Shown: positions 12,101-25,855 of the stretch, one piece after another
How positions within the stretch are numbered: the first letter of the stretch is position 1
Layout: every line of letters begins with the position of its first letter
DNA from: Thalia democratica
Lineage: Eukaryota
NCBI GenBank assembly: GCA_965202585.1
Contig: OZ241832.1
Coordinates: forward strand, 56,978,001 to 57,042,000
Length of the DNA stretch: 64,000 bases
Direction of reading: 5' to 3'
Notes under the pieces: model-generated
Database searches by the model: none
The model's input: the letters and a program-made list of their open reading frames with translations, nothing else
Told to the model about the DNA's origin: nothing
Program-made: the position numbers and the translations under genes

Positions 12101-15100
12101 TTTTATCTATTAATTAAACAACAAATAAATTTGTTGAGATCAAATACGCATGCTAGACGGAATCATTAACAGATAAAAATTAAATTAATACTTTAAAAAC
12201 AAAACTAACTTTTTAAAACTGTCTTAAACTAAATTTTCAAAGTAAACTCTAGCTCATAATTACGAATTCAAACTAAAAACAGTTCGAAAAGTGTGTATTT
12301 ATTATTTACTTTACATCAGAATATTTATTTTTAAAAATACAAGTAATACTAATACTCAGATAAAAAAAAAACTTTTAGTTCTCTACTGAAGACTAAATCT
12401 TGTTTGTGTTATGACACAGAGTGCTTCAAAATAAAACAAAGCTGTATGACAATGATTTATAATCTTTAAATGTGTTTTTTCACATATTTATTATAAACTT
12501 ACATTTCATTTTGAAGATTAATGTATTTTTCTACTCACGCAACCGAAATTGTGCATAGTATCCAGCTTCAATAAATTTGGCTTTCGATCAATTTCAGTTT
12601 ATCAATTATGTTTTCGTTTTTATTGCACGTGATTTTGGCAAGGTTACTTGAAAATATGTAAATGCTTTGGTCAATTGTTTCAACGAACTTTTAAATATCA
12701 ATAACGCAAGAATTACCTCACAAGTAGTAACTACTGTTGGTGTTTATAAAAATCTTTTTTTTTTAATATTAACGGGTATTTGTTATGTAACTACACTTTA
12801 GATTTCAACAACCGATGAAAATTTAGCTGTTGAAAAAAAAAGCGACGAAAAAAGTTAGCATGTAACTGAAACTGTAAAGTTTTTTTTAAATATAATAAAC
12901 ACTACAAAAATATCGAAGAATTTTATTAACAAATAAGAAGTTTAGTTTAAGTTGTCAAATGTAAAAAACACAGTGTTTTACTGTTTTATTTCTAACTTTC
13001 TTCTACGTTTTTATTTGAAATATTTAAAAAACTGTGTGAAAAAATTTTTCAACTATTTTTAATTATATCAATTTGTTGATGCTTTTTTAATGATAACTTA
13101 ACAATTATCTACATAAATTTGTTTGAAAACAAACTAATTTTCAAAAAACAATTATAAAATAGTGTTTTGTAAATGCTAACACTTAAGTACTTAAAAACTG
13201 TCAAATTCAATTAATTTGTTTTATAACAGCACTTGTAAAACATAAAAATAAAAACCTGTTTTTGTGAAAAAACTATCTTACAATATTAGGCTAAACAAAA
13301 ATGATAAAAAACTACAAATATTTTCAACGTATATGCTAATAAAGTTATTCTGCAAAGCGTTAGCCTAATGAAACATAAGCTATTAAAAACACAGTACAGT
13401 CCGTCTATAGCGATAAGATATTTAAAAACTTTTAATTTTTAATGTAGTTTGACGTCGACTGTTGTTTAATCGTTTTCCATCGTAATGATGATACATTATA
13501 ATCGTATAGAGAGTTTAGTATTCTTTAAAATGCGTAAATAATTTATTTATTTTTTGCTTATCGCTAGTTTATTCTAAAAATGATAAATGTTCAGTTTTTA
13601 ATACGAAAATTTTGAGTAAGCTATGGTGCAATTGTACATTTTTAAACAAATATTCAGTCAACGTTGTTTTAGTCTTAAAATATTTTTAGGCTTTTTTCAA
13701 AAGCACTTTTAAAAACTGGATAAAATTAAAAATAAAGCTAAAGCATTGAGTTCTTCTTAGCTTGGAAAAGTGTTATGAATAGGTGTAATGCTCAAAGAAA
13801 TCAATTGATATTCAAACTTAATTTTTTCTGATTATTTTAAAGCTTTAAAGACGCCTGCTCGATTCCGTCAAAGTGACTTTCTGTTAAGTATACTTGTTTA
13901 ACTGAAAAAATTAAAATTAAATCATAAGCTGAATATAAGAGGACTTAAAAGGTCTCACAATGCTAAAGCTTTAAATCTATCGATATTGTTATGTAACGCA
14001 GAATATGCAAAACACTTTTTTAATTTTTGTTGATGTCAAACAAATGTTATAAGTTTTAGTTATCACAAAAATAATATACAAACACAAGTTTGAGATTTTA
14101 TACATAGTAAACCATAAATTTGCATGCTAAATCATTGATATTAAGATATGGTTTGTTATACAAAGATCAAACTTAAAGTACTAAAAAAATACGTACTTAG
14201 TTTTTACCTTATAAGTGAGTGTTAAATCAATTAAATGTTATAAAATGCTTTAAACAACCAAGCAAGAAAGTAAAAATTATATGTTATACAATTTAGCCCT
14301 GTATATATAATTATACAATCTAGTACGATGTTAAGTAATTTTTAACAACCTTATATAAGCAGCAACATAAAAACTGTATTGTTTTATTACACGAAAACCC
14401 CAAAAAAGTCAGTAATAAACATCAGGTATCATACAATGCTATATATCTAATGCAAATGTTATATTATTTAGATAAAACCTTTTCACACACGCATCAATAT
14501 AATTAGGTAATCGTATACTAAAATGCTTTGTATCAAATTATTAATTTCACAAAGTATTTGTACTGTTTTTTATCATTTATCATATTTGACATTTGTTTCA
14601 TTTATGTAACAACTTTTCTTGATGATTTATTTAAAAACTCTACTGAACTCTCGAAAATAAACTTGTTTTTTGTTTAAAGTGAATGTGTTTGTCTAGTCAA
14701 AAATTTTACTTTTGTTTGAAAAACTTTCTGGAACAAAAGTCACACTTTGTAAACTTTAACTGAGATTTTTTAAGTCGTGAAAAGTTCATTTATTTGAAAA
14801 ATAACTGTTTGTCACTTGGTATTGTGCTAACATGACTGTTATCTTCAGCTTGGCTTGTTATGACAAGTAATGAAAAGATACTAAAATTGAATGAAATTCT
14901 TAGTGCTGCTAAAAGTTAAAAATAAATAACGCTAAAATTTGAAGAAATTTAGTTGTGACTTAATTTTCTAGAATTAGTATTTTATAATAACCATAAGTAG
15001 TGTATTTAAAGACGTTTAGTTTGAAAATTCATTAATAAAAAATAAACTTGTAAAAATTTTCTTTACTTAAGCTTATACTTTATACTGAATAAATTTTAAT

Positions 15101-18100
15101 AAATTCACATCAAATACTTGAATATAAACTTTATTTAACTGCGTAGTTTTAAGTTCGTTTTGTTTTAAAATAAATTTTCATAGTCAAGATGTTACTTAAT
15201 AGTTCTTTAACTTACATTATTAGCATAAGATAATTTCCTTATAAATAAAAATATATTTAAACAAAGTTGTTTTCTTGTTGAGCTTTAACAAGATGTAAAT
15301 AATTTCACATACTCTATAAAGATAGTATTGCTATTCAAGGTTTTAAAAAGGTCAAGCTAGATTTAGAATACAAAGAAAGTATGGTTTTTTATTATTTTAT
15401 TAACAACATAAATTATTGATCTATTTATGTATGTTTATACATACATCATATAGTTTAAAAAGAAAATGTTTTTTTAAGTTTAAGTCTAATAAATCAAGTT
15501 CACGTAAATTTTTGGTGAAAAATTAATATATATTAAAATCGCGTAGTTTTTAACTTTTAAGTTTTTTACAATAAATTCTAAAAGTATAATTTGTTTTTTG
15601 AACTTTCAACTACATGTTAGTGCGTTTGGTTTTAAGAAATATATAATATTTATGAGGCAATATTATTATTAAATACGTAATTTAAAAGTTTTTATTTTTT
15701 GATAACACTCAACTTTAAACTCAAATACGTTCAAGGACGTACAAAAATTTTATCATTCCGATTTTTTTTAAACTCTAAAGAAAGCCAGTTTGATTTTTTC
15801 TACTTAATAATAAAACGATATTATTTTATTTTAGTTGAAATAAACTGAGTTAAATAGTAATGTATAATACAAGCTAAAAATATCACTGCTAACAAAGTTG
15901 TAATTAGTTAGATTTGGTAAAACTTAAATTAAACTTAAAGTTAATTTCAAATTTAAAAAAACGATAAATATTGCAACCTTAAATTAATATAAGTAAAATG
16001 AATTGACTCTTTATACTACAAATTAAACCAGAAAAACTCCTTTTTTTTAAATCAGATCAATTTTCAAATTTTTGTTTAACTTAAAGTTTACTTTGAAAAT
16101 AGTATAATTTTGATATGTTTTATTAATTCAAAGTGCGCGATTGTGACATATCAAAACTAAAATAAGTTCGAGTGCTTATAGAAAAGTGAGACACGATTTT
16201 TAAAAAACTACAAATTTTTCGCTGTAAAATGAAACATTTTTAAAGAAATATAAAACAAGCAGGGGTTTTTAAAATAAACTAAAAACGAGTAAAACTCTTA
16301 AACAAATTTTAATTCTAAAAAAATCGTACACTTTTTAGATTTAGACACTTTTAAATTAAATTTAATTTGTAATTTTACGTCAAATTTACAACTTCTCAAA
16401 AAATATTTAGAAATTGTGCCAGCTAAATATTTAGCAAGATTATATTAGTTTTGCAATGACTTGAGTTAAAAGACAAGACAAATTAATATGATATACTTTT
16501 AATCTTAAAAAGTATTTGAAACTTGTTTGTTTGGTAAATCCAATCGAACACAGTGTTTTTTGATTAACTTTGCGAACTTTTGTTTAATTTTTAAGCAAAG
16601 CTTTGCCCAACTTACTAGCCGTAAAAAGCTTGTTTAAAAAGCACACATATTGTAAAACTATTTTTAATATTTTATTTATTTAAATTCTTTTGTCTAATTA
16701 CATGGTTTTGGTAAAACAAAACAACCTTGTACTATTAATAAAGCAGTTTTATAACTGGAAAAGTTCGCTTTATCAGAACTAGGTAATTGAATAAAACAGT
16801 AACAAAACGAACAAAAGTGTAAGAAATATTTTGATTATGTAAACTAAAATAGTAGATGTAAATTTAAAATAAAAACAAGTTAACATAACTATTTACAAAA
16901 AAGTAATAAACAGCATGCATTTTACATTTTTGTAGAGAACAACAACCTCTTTTTGTAGTATCAATGTATTTCGATTCTTATTAAAAATCTCGTATCGATT
17001 TACATTTGTAGGATGAATTTGATCCAGTTTAACCGCAATCATAGTTTACATTTATTTTATTTATTTTGAATGGTATTTTTATTGAAAATTATACTTATCT
17101 CGTGATGGTAGAACTTTATTTTAAGTAAATTTCAGCAAAGTTTAAAGTTGGTGCTTATTATATATGTCAAAAATGTGGTTTTTGTTAAAAAACATTTTGT
17201 AGAGCAATTGTCACAAAACTTTTTTTTAGTCTTTAGATTGGGAAATAACCTTTCTTTAAGGCACAATTTAGTTTCTACAAGCTTATTTTACTACTATAAG
17301 CAGTTAAAGTTTTAATTGTTTTATATTAAATTATAAACTGAAGAAAAACAAGTGATGATTTTGATGGATGTTGTTGTTTTCTATACGTAATAGAGTTTCA
17401 CAATAAATATAAAAGTAGCGGAAGTTTATAAACAAAGAATAAAATCTCCATACATATGTTGATATTTAATTCTTTACTTTTTAATAATCGTATTTTGTAA
17501 TGACTTAAGTTAAAAGACAAAACAATTTAATATCATAAGTTAAAAAGGTATATTGTTTCGTATCAGAACAAGAAACATTATCGAAAACGAGTCGCTCAAT
17601 CGTATTCTTCATGTAACGTTTTTATTTCAAGTACAAAATAACATGTAAAAAAAGTTCCATGCAAACTTTAAAAGTGCGAACACGTTTCGTTACAGAAAAA
17701 TATGTTTCGCCCATTTTTAAAATCTTTAAACTTGTACAGGTAGCAGATATATGGGTACTGTTACTACAAAAATCAAAATTTCAAGCTGTCCTTTGAAGTC
17801 TTGTTATTAAACCAATGGTTAAAACTGCTCCTAAAGTAAGCAAAAAGAGACTTTTTTGGTACAACTTGCATTAAACAACAAAAACATTTTGTTTAAACAG
17901 AATTATTTTTTAACACGAGTTCAAATTTGATGATTTGTTCTGCGGTAAAACTTAGTAGTTGCAAAAGTTTGTTGTAAACACTTTAAATATTATTAAGTTT
18001 TCAGTTGTTCATAAAAAATACTACAGGTATTATAGAAAATATAGTTAGTACTAATATTTTTTATCTACGTAATCAACTGCAAAACATAGAAAATGAAACA

Positions 18101-20001
18101 CAAGTTACAGTAGCATGCTCTGTTTGGTTGCATAACAATTCAAATTAAAAAAAAAATTGTTCAAAAGACCATATCTCAAAAAGTAATGTATACTGGAAAA
18201 AAGTTTAAAATACATGTTTTAGTGTTGTTAATATCTACAAACCTTTTTCTATTTTTTGCAAATTTCTAAATATTTTTAAAGAAGTTTTAGAAGTGTTAAA
18301 TATTTATATATTTTCGAAATAATGCATTACTTTTTCAGAACTGTCAAAATTTCAACAGTCTTGCAACCGCACTTACTATCTGTTTATTAAATAAAATTAA
18401 AAACAAAAACTCTAAACTTTTAAACTTTCAGTAAATACTTTAAATTTCAAGGTTAGTAGAGCTTTAATGGAACACTACAAGTTTAGTTTTTTTTTTTGAG
18501 TAGCTGTTAAGTTTTTTAAAGATCAAACAGTTTCGCAGAATTTATAAATTGATAAATCAAACTTTTACATCATTTTTGACCAGAAGCTAAATTTTAAATG
18601 TAAGTCAGTGCAGTTGCTCTGCCTATTTTTACTCTTTTTTCACTCTTGAAAATAACAAATTTATGCTTTTCACCAAGATACTTGCCATAACAAATGCTGC
18701 TTGCAATAGCGGACTTGTTGACATTCGTTTATGAGTAAACAAAAATGGCGTTTTGGTCGTCAGAAAGTATTTTGACATTTAAATGTCTGATTTTAATGGG
18801 CAGAGGTTGGTGGTGATGGAATAACATATAATTTAACATATATACATGCTTTTGATGTATTATGACGTCATCATCACTCTAAACATGCAAATTTTGTCTG
18901 TAATTTTTTGCTTTTTGGAAAATTAAAAAGCATAGCTTGTATGTGATTTTAATAAAATGATTTATCGTAAAACAAAAAATTTTAGGTATACAAACTTACC
19001 TTTAAATATTTAGTTGATGTGATATGTATATTAGCGGGATGTTTGATGTCATATTTCATTTAGCCTTAAGTGTTTAAAAAACCCTTAAGTAATATTCAAT
19101 TAGCATTACAACAAATTAACGAAATATTAAAAAGTCACCATTTATTATAGGCAAAATAATGCTTTATAGCATTAAACATTAAGTGAAAGATTGCAAAATA
19201 AAGAACAATGCAAAATAAAACGACCATTGAACTGCATCATTTAGTATTAATACTTAACATTAATTGTTTAGAAAGATACAATGAATTTAAATTTACTGCA
19301 GTAAATTTTACTAAATCTTTTTAAAGCCAGTCCAACAAAAACATTATAAGTTTATAACCATTTAAACGCATTTTCATACCACACTAGTATTTTATTTTTA
19401 TTTTTTACACAGTGTTTATGCTGTTTTGCATATAAATTACTAAAACGTGAAAAGGCAAAAAATACAATAGCGCTACAGAGGTAAAATAAAATAATGTTTG
19501 TCAGTATAACTGAAAAATTTTATTTATTTCTATAAAAGAAGTTAAGTTTTAACTCGTAAACTTATTTTTTAGCTGAACCATGTAATTGGTTAATACAAAG
19601 TTTAAAACTAAACAACTAGAATTCACTAAACAAAAAAAAAAAAGAAAAATAAGACAGCAAACCTTTTGAAAATTAAAAAGAAAATACAAAAGCTAAGAAC
19701 TTTAACTTTTAAAAATAAACTTTTATAGCATTTACAAAACAAAATTTTCAAACAAAATGATAGTACTATTGTTTTTTGTAAGTTTTGAATTCATTAGAAA
19801 AAGCAAATCACATAAATCAAAGCTTAAGACTGCTCAGTCTGTGAATACAACCATTTGCACAACACTTTACATAGCTGTTTGAAACACTCATTTTTAAGCT
19901 TAAAACTTCTTAAATTAGTGAATTTGCGCTTAAACCAGCAAAAAAAGTTAAAAGCACGTTTTTTCAACTGGCACTTTCTTTCCACATCGATGCTTAACTT
20001 T

Positions 20002-22513
20002 TCATTTTATCTCGACGAAATCTGAAAAGTATCATTTTTTCTTTAAAAATTGGTTAATATTTTGTAATAAGGTACTCTTTAGAAGACTATTAAAGAAAAA
20101 TACCTTTTTAAATACAGAATGAAAATCAACTAAAGACAGAAAATATTTTGAAACAAATAATAAATAGCTTAAGGTCAATAGAAGTGTCTTATAAATACTG
20201 TAAATTAGATCATTATAACTGTTAATAAATTTAATGTGTCATAACTTCTTTTAATGTATAGTAAAGCTAATTAGTAAACTAATTCTCTTAAAGTTTTTAA
20301 CAAAAAACAAACAAAATTTAAATTTTTCGAGCAATAAATATCATTTATACAACTAATTTTCGTTTACTGATTTTCAACACACATGACATTAAAAGTGTAC
20401 TTTAAAAAATCCTTAAACTGAGTTTAATAAACAGACTTTCAATAAAGAGAAAATTCAACATAGGTTTATAGTTTGTAAAGACATATTGATTAGGTAAAGT
20501 AAAATAAAATTTTAAATAATGAGTAACAACCTTATGAAGTAAAAAATACTTTAAACATGCGTAATAAAAAATTGCTTTAGGTCATATAAATTTTTTTTAT
20601 TCTAAACACCAAATTAAATCAATAAAACTGTAAAAATATTTAAATTTTGAATAACATTTTTTATTGTATAGTAAGGCTAACAAGAAAATTTATTTTGTCA
20701 AGTTTAAACTTTCAAACTGACTCACAAAACGTCTAATACTTTATAAGAAAAGTAAAACAACTTGTTTCCAACAACAGATATTCAACATTCAAAAAATTCA
20801 ACTCACCACAGCCGACGAACACGATGTTCTCCAACGACACGTTTTCCGGGTATCCCCCGTACTCGGAACTGGCGAACTCGAGCACGAAGGGAACTCCGTC
20901 ATCGACCAGATTCAGCTCGACCTCTACCGTTCCGCTTCGTCGCGTTTTCCACAATATCTTCTTGTTCGACATTCGCTCGTTCGGTGTTCGGCCGTACTTC
21001 TGCTCCAAGCGGATCGTCACAACGCCACGAATCAGGTTCTGTGATTGGTTGGTTGTTTTATTTTGAATTCTTTTTGAATAATACTTTACATTCAAACATT
21101 GTTTTGACAATTAAATTAAAAAAATTGAGTTATACATTGGTATTTGAATTTATAAGTTGTTGTTATTGTGATAACTGTCCAATAGGCTTTATCCGCATTA
21201 CTCTAGTGTGTTAAATTACTGCTATGTTCTATAATACATTTTAATGTTAAGCAAATATTAGTTTTAAATATTTTAATTCAGCAAAGCTAACAATTTTTTT
21301 CCTACAAATTGAACTATCTGCGCATAATTTAAATTTTTAAAAGTTGTGTTTTTTGTAGAAAAAAAACATTATTTATAGTTATAAAATACTTACATTATTT
21401 GTGAATTCGAAAGTAACTTTGCACGAGCAATTTTTGGTTGATTTCAAAAGTCCAGTGCTCAGGGCTGAAGGTGAACGTGTGCTAACTTCTAGTTGCCAAC
21501 TTTCTTCTGAAAAAACAAACAGCCTGTTAATTTCAGTTTCTTCTATTGTTAGGAAATAAACTGTTTTATACAGTCCATAAAAGAAGCGTGAAAAATGATA
21601 TTCTCTAAATTTGTACGGAAAATTTAGAGAATATCATTAAGGCACATAACCAAAAAATTTTAAATCAAAACTCAGGAATTCAGAGTCAATGTGGCTGCGC
21701 TGGTAGCTGTAAATATAATTTGAAAGGGGTAATTGCCGTTCAGAGAACATCGTCTACAAGGCCACAGTTAACTCTGGCGTTGAGACGAGGTTCTATGTCT
21801 GCTTGTGCTCGACTCAGTTTAGATTCAGGTATGCCAATCATAAAAAATCTTTCAAAGGCGGCATATATGAAAATGACACTGAACTTTCGAAGTATGTTTG
21901 TGGCTTAAAGCGCAGCGACATTGACTTCGAAATATTCTGGGAAGTTATAAAAAGAGCACAGCCTATAGCCGACGGCAATAGCCCAATATGTAGGCTGTGT
22001 CTCAAAGAAGCATCAGCCGTTGTATATGCACTGAAAGACAAGAGATGCCTAAACAAAAGAAGCGAGTTTGTATCGTCTTGTAGACATATAAAAAAGTCGC
22101 TTTTAAAGTTTAACAAGTTTTAATTTCATCTTAAAATAACCTAAATTTCAATTTCCATCTTAATTTTATCTTTATCTCTTTCAATTATCTGTCCTAATAT
22201 ATAGTTACTCACTAAAGTTATATGAAATTTTGCTAGTTTATTGTCGATTGGTAAATTAATTTTTGCACAAGCCGTTTTGCATGGTTTTTGATAGTTTCAA
22301 AATTACGTCATAATCTATTTATGCAAAAAAAAATTAACTTTCATTGGTGATTTTGTTTTGTGCTTTATTTTAAACTTGTTTTGAAGCTGATGAGTGAATA
22401 GTCACGAAACTCGAGTCCTTTGAGTTTTGCATCTTTAAATAATCCTTTTTAATAATAAAGCCCTCAAGGTGAGCTCAGTGTGAAAAATTTAATTTATTAA
22501 GTTAAATAACTTA

Positions 22514-22552
<39 letters not shown>

Positions 22553-25500
22553 GAAGTTTCATGATAATAAATTTTTACAGACAAGCTTTCCTAAGTTTTT
22601 TTGTCCCTATTTTTAATTCAATAATAAAATACTGGATTAATTCTTGTTAGCTAAATATAAAGAAGCACTTGAAAAATATTTTCAAAAAAAACGAACAAAT
22701 TTTAAGAAAATGAACACAACAATTTCAATCACGAGATAAATACTTCACTCTCCACGGAGCACGAGTATAATAAATTTTTACCTTCGTTGCTCGTCTTCTC
22801 CCACCTATCAGGAGCGTTCTCGTTTGCGTTTGAAAAAGAATGTTTGACGCTTCTCGCAAAACCTGAATGTATTTCACTTTAGTTTAAACAAGAAGCAAAT
22901 AGTTCTATTAAAACGAATTAAACTTAAGCTTACATAACATACTTAACTTTCAAAATATGTTGAATAGATTAAGTTGTTGTACTCTACAGATCAACATATT
23001 TTTAATCAATAAAAAAAAGTTAATTTTCTTATTCTAAATAGTTCATTTTGATTTATTTTTTGAAAATACTATAAGCTTTTCACAAACTATCCTGAACTAT
23101 ATACATGTAGATTTTAGACTTGCGTAAACAACTTTAAAATATGTAATTGTATTTATTTTTAATTGTTAGACTTAAGTACTCAAACAAACTTATAAATGTA
23201 CCATTGTTGCACTTGAGTCCTCCATCGATGACAATTTCGTCGATGTTGATTGTCGGTCCAACTCCGCAATACTTGGTGTCACCTTTGCACGTTTGGTTGT
23301 TAAGCACACTTGCTTTCAAAACAACCTAAGCGTTAAAGTTTACATTTATTTTGAATTTGTTTAGTAGTTGTAAATGTATTGTACACTTCTATTTAGATTT
23401 TCAGTTACATATAGATTACACAAAAGATTAATTTGAATAAAAGATAATTTAATGTTCAAACTAAATTAAAAGTTAATGAATTACAAACATGCTTAAATAT
23501 TTAGTGGTCCGAAGCAGTAACTTGTACTTGGATTGTAGAATAAGACAATTATTTTTTGTGTTTTATCTAACACTATAGCTTATTTTATTTAATATTGAAA
23601 AATTCTTTATACTTAGTTAATTTTAAAAAAAAAGTTATACTTTCAAACTGTTGAAATATGATTTTTTATAACATACAAACGTTTGTAAGCGCTTCAAATC
23701 TTTTACGCAATATTCTTTATTCATCTAACAGTTTGAAAAACTAGTTTTGCTAAATTTCGAATCTAATAATTGACATTTTAAATAAATTATGAAAAAAAAA
23801 TTTAGTGTTTGTAAGTGTACTATATGCCTGTTTAAACATTTTTAATAACATGCAGATCGCAAAAAAGTTTTCGAATTTTTATAAACTATGTTCACTATTA
23901 ACGTTACACTGGTATCATAAAACGTCTTCAAAACAAGAATAAAAGTTGCAAGCGCTTCAAAAACTTCAACATTTTCACTCAATAAACCGAACACTTTACA
24001 AACACGCTGCAAACCGACCCTGTATTCACCGGCGAGGGTGGAAACGTCGAAATTGAACTTCTCCATCTTCCACCCGAACACGGCGTGGTCGACCTCGAAA
24101 AAACTCTCCGCGCTTTCCACCTCCTCCAACACGTCATTGCTGGCCGGTATGACGTAACCTCTCAAGCTCGACCCGTCGCAGTGGATCGCCGAGTGCATCG
24201 AGAAAGTCACGTGGTCCAGTTCCGTGACGTCAAAGGTCGGTGACGTCATGTAGGCGGTGGTGAACTTCTCCCCACTGTCAGGGTTGCCGACCACTTTGGC
24301 GAAGAACTGGTTCTGAACGTTCTCCTTTTCTTGCACGCCTTGGAAAGCGGCGCAGTTTACAGGGACTTCCTTTGAACTTTCCCGCCTCTTCTCGTGATCA
24401 ACTGAGGGGAGTTTCCCGTTCGGAACTATTTCCCGCCAGTTGCAGTTGACCCTCGCATTGACATGCTCGAAATCGCACTTGTCACGCTTGAGCAAGTCCA
24501 CGTTATCAGCTGTTGTAGTGTTTCGGCTGAAGTAACCGAGGATCGGTAGAAGCTGGTTGCACGACTCGTGGAACGCTACTGTGACGTCATCGTCATTTAC
24601 GACGTCATTATCAGGATTTATTGTTACGTAATTGTTTCTTGTGACGAAATCTTTTTTGTATAATATTTTTAATACTACATTATTATTTTCATCAGGATTG
24701 ACGATGTTCTTCAGAGAAATCCATTTTTTGCCGGTGAACTTTTCTTTTTCGGTTTGAAAGAAATCATCAAAAGTTTTCTTCTTCAAGATTATTTCCTTCA
24801 CTTGGAACTCTTTCGACTTGCTGCTGATCGTGAGGCTGCAGGTGTTTTTCGGAACTGCAAGGTTTTTGGTGGAAACCAATTCGTCGTCAGTTTTAGATGC
24901 GTTGTTGTAGAACAAACCTGTAAAAACAGTTGAACTTCGTAGAATAAAAGTGTTTGATGCATTTGGTGTTAGTATTTTTCGAAATTCTTAAAAGCTGTTT
25001 TAATTTTTATGAAATAAAGTTGATTTAAAAAACAATTGTTGTAAGAAATTTATAGAGATATAACTTTTTAATTCCGAATTTAACTACGAAATTAAATGAA
25101 ACCAAGAAACATTTGTATCATACATGTAAACGAGATATTTTCAAATATTCATAGAGACACAAACGTTTCAAATGCTTATCATAAACTTTAAACAAAACCC
25201 ACCTCGATTTTTTAGCAAAACAAAGGTGCACGCCAGCGCGACGATAAGGAAGATGGCGATGAAGACGATCAGCGTCCTCTTCTTCTTGAAGCAGTAGGAG
25301 CAGATCTTGTTCATCTTGCGCTTCTTGCGCTTCTTGCTCTCCTTGATGCTCACATCGATCAGCTGGTCGCAGTCTTTCGGTGTCTGATCTTTTTCTGAAA
25401 AAATAAGAAAAATAATCAAAAAAGTAAAATATTATTAAATGAATATGATACTAAAGCTTCTAAAGACAAAATTCAAAACTATATGTAATAAAACAGTATA

Positions 25501-25855
25501 TGAAACTTTTATTGCATCATAAAAAGTCAAAAGGTACTAAAAAGTTATAATAAATTCAATTAAGAACATCAAAAAAAATTATACTTAAATAAACTTTTAG
25601 TAAAAATAAATATTTAAAAATTAAAAGATACAAGGTAAAAGATTTAGCAGCTAACTCTACCAAAACAGCTAATAATATTTTATTTTTTTATAAAAAAAAA
25701 AGGTACAAAACTAAGACGAGGTCTTTATAAAACTGAAATATAAAATTAAAACTTGTATAAAATTTTAGTAAAATAAACAAATAAAAAAAAAACTCAATCA
25801 GTAACTTACGTGTTTTTTGTTGCATTACGTACGTTTCGTTAATTACTTTTGGCAT
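20002..25855 (-). CDS. Type II membrane protein with tandem MAM-like domains, copy 2 (intact)
   Basis: Exons 25855-25810, 25394-25203 (192 nt, one KKR unit shorter), 24917-24019, 23325-23202, 22862-22749 (or -22782), 21506-21394 (113 nt, +1 codon), 21038-20807, 20021-20002. Splice sites and phases match copy 1, and the ORF track independently recovers exons 2, 3, 4 and 7. Confidence 0.85.
21612..22123 (+). pseudogene. Penelope-like GIY-YIG endonuclease fragment (degenerate)
   Basis: Reads CTENLENIIKAHNQKIL...QCGCAGSCKYNLKG, then a 1-nt frameshift near 21728, then NCRSENIVYKATVNSGVETRFYVCLCSTQFRFRYANHKKSF...TELSKYVCGLK...IFWEVI...CRLCLKEA...LNKRSEFVSSCRH. This matches the PLE pattern VY..Y(I/V)G...F..R...H..SF...LS...LK...W...C.LC..E...LN.R.E...CRH; the YVG position reads YVC here. 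Confidence 0.85.
22380..22424 (+). ncRNA. Minimal type I hammerhead ribozyme motif in the PLE tail
   Basis: CTGATGA core 22387-22393; helix II GTGA-atag-TCAC; GAAA 22406-22409; palindromic helix III ACTCGAGT; GUC cleavage triplet with C at 22417; helix I TTTGAAG/CTTTGAG (4 Watson-Crick pairs plus 3 G-U). Confidence 0.8.
22518..22549. repeat. (TA)16 microsatellite at the PLE 3' junction
   Basis: Read directly. The equivalent sites carry shorter AT runs (40294-40306 in copy 3, ~3003-3010 in copy 1). Confidence 0.95.

Larger units (their letters stand above)
1..18821. repeat. Segmental duplication unit 1 (starts before the window)
   Basis: Position 1 aligns to ~19250 and ~37430. Colinear similarity to unit 3 ends sharply at GGTGGTGATGGAA (18821 vs 59632). 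Confidence 0.9.
21594..22517 (+). mobile_element. 5'-truncated Penelope-like retroelement (PLE) in the intron between exons 5 and 6 of copy 2
   Basis: Absent from copies 1 and 3. Encodes the PLE C-terminal GIY-YIG endonuclease region, followed by a tail with a hammerhead motif and ending at (TA)16. The 5' end is a 19-bp inverted repeat. Confidence 0.85.

Noticed and set aside
18822-18842. TAACATATA direct repeat at the unit 1/2 junction as templated filler
   Set aside because: The second copy can be aligned to unit-3 sequence near 37030-37050, so the repeat may be coincidental in AT-rich DNA.
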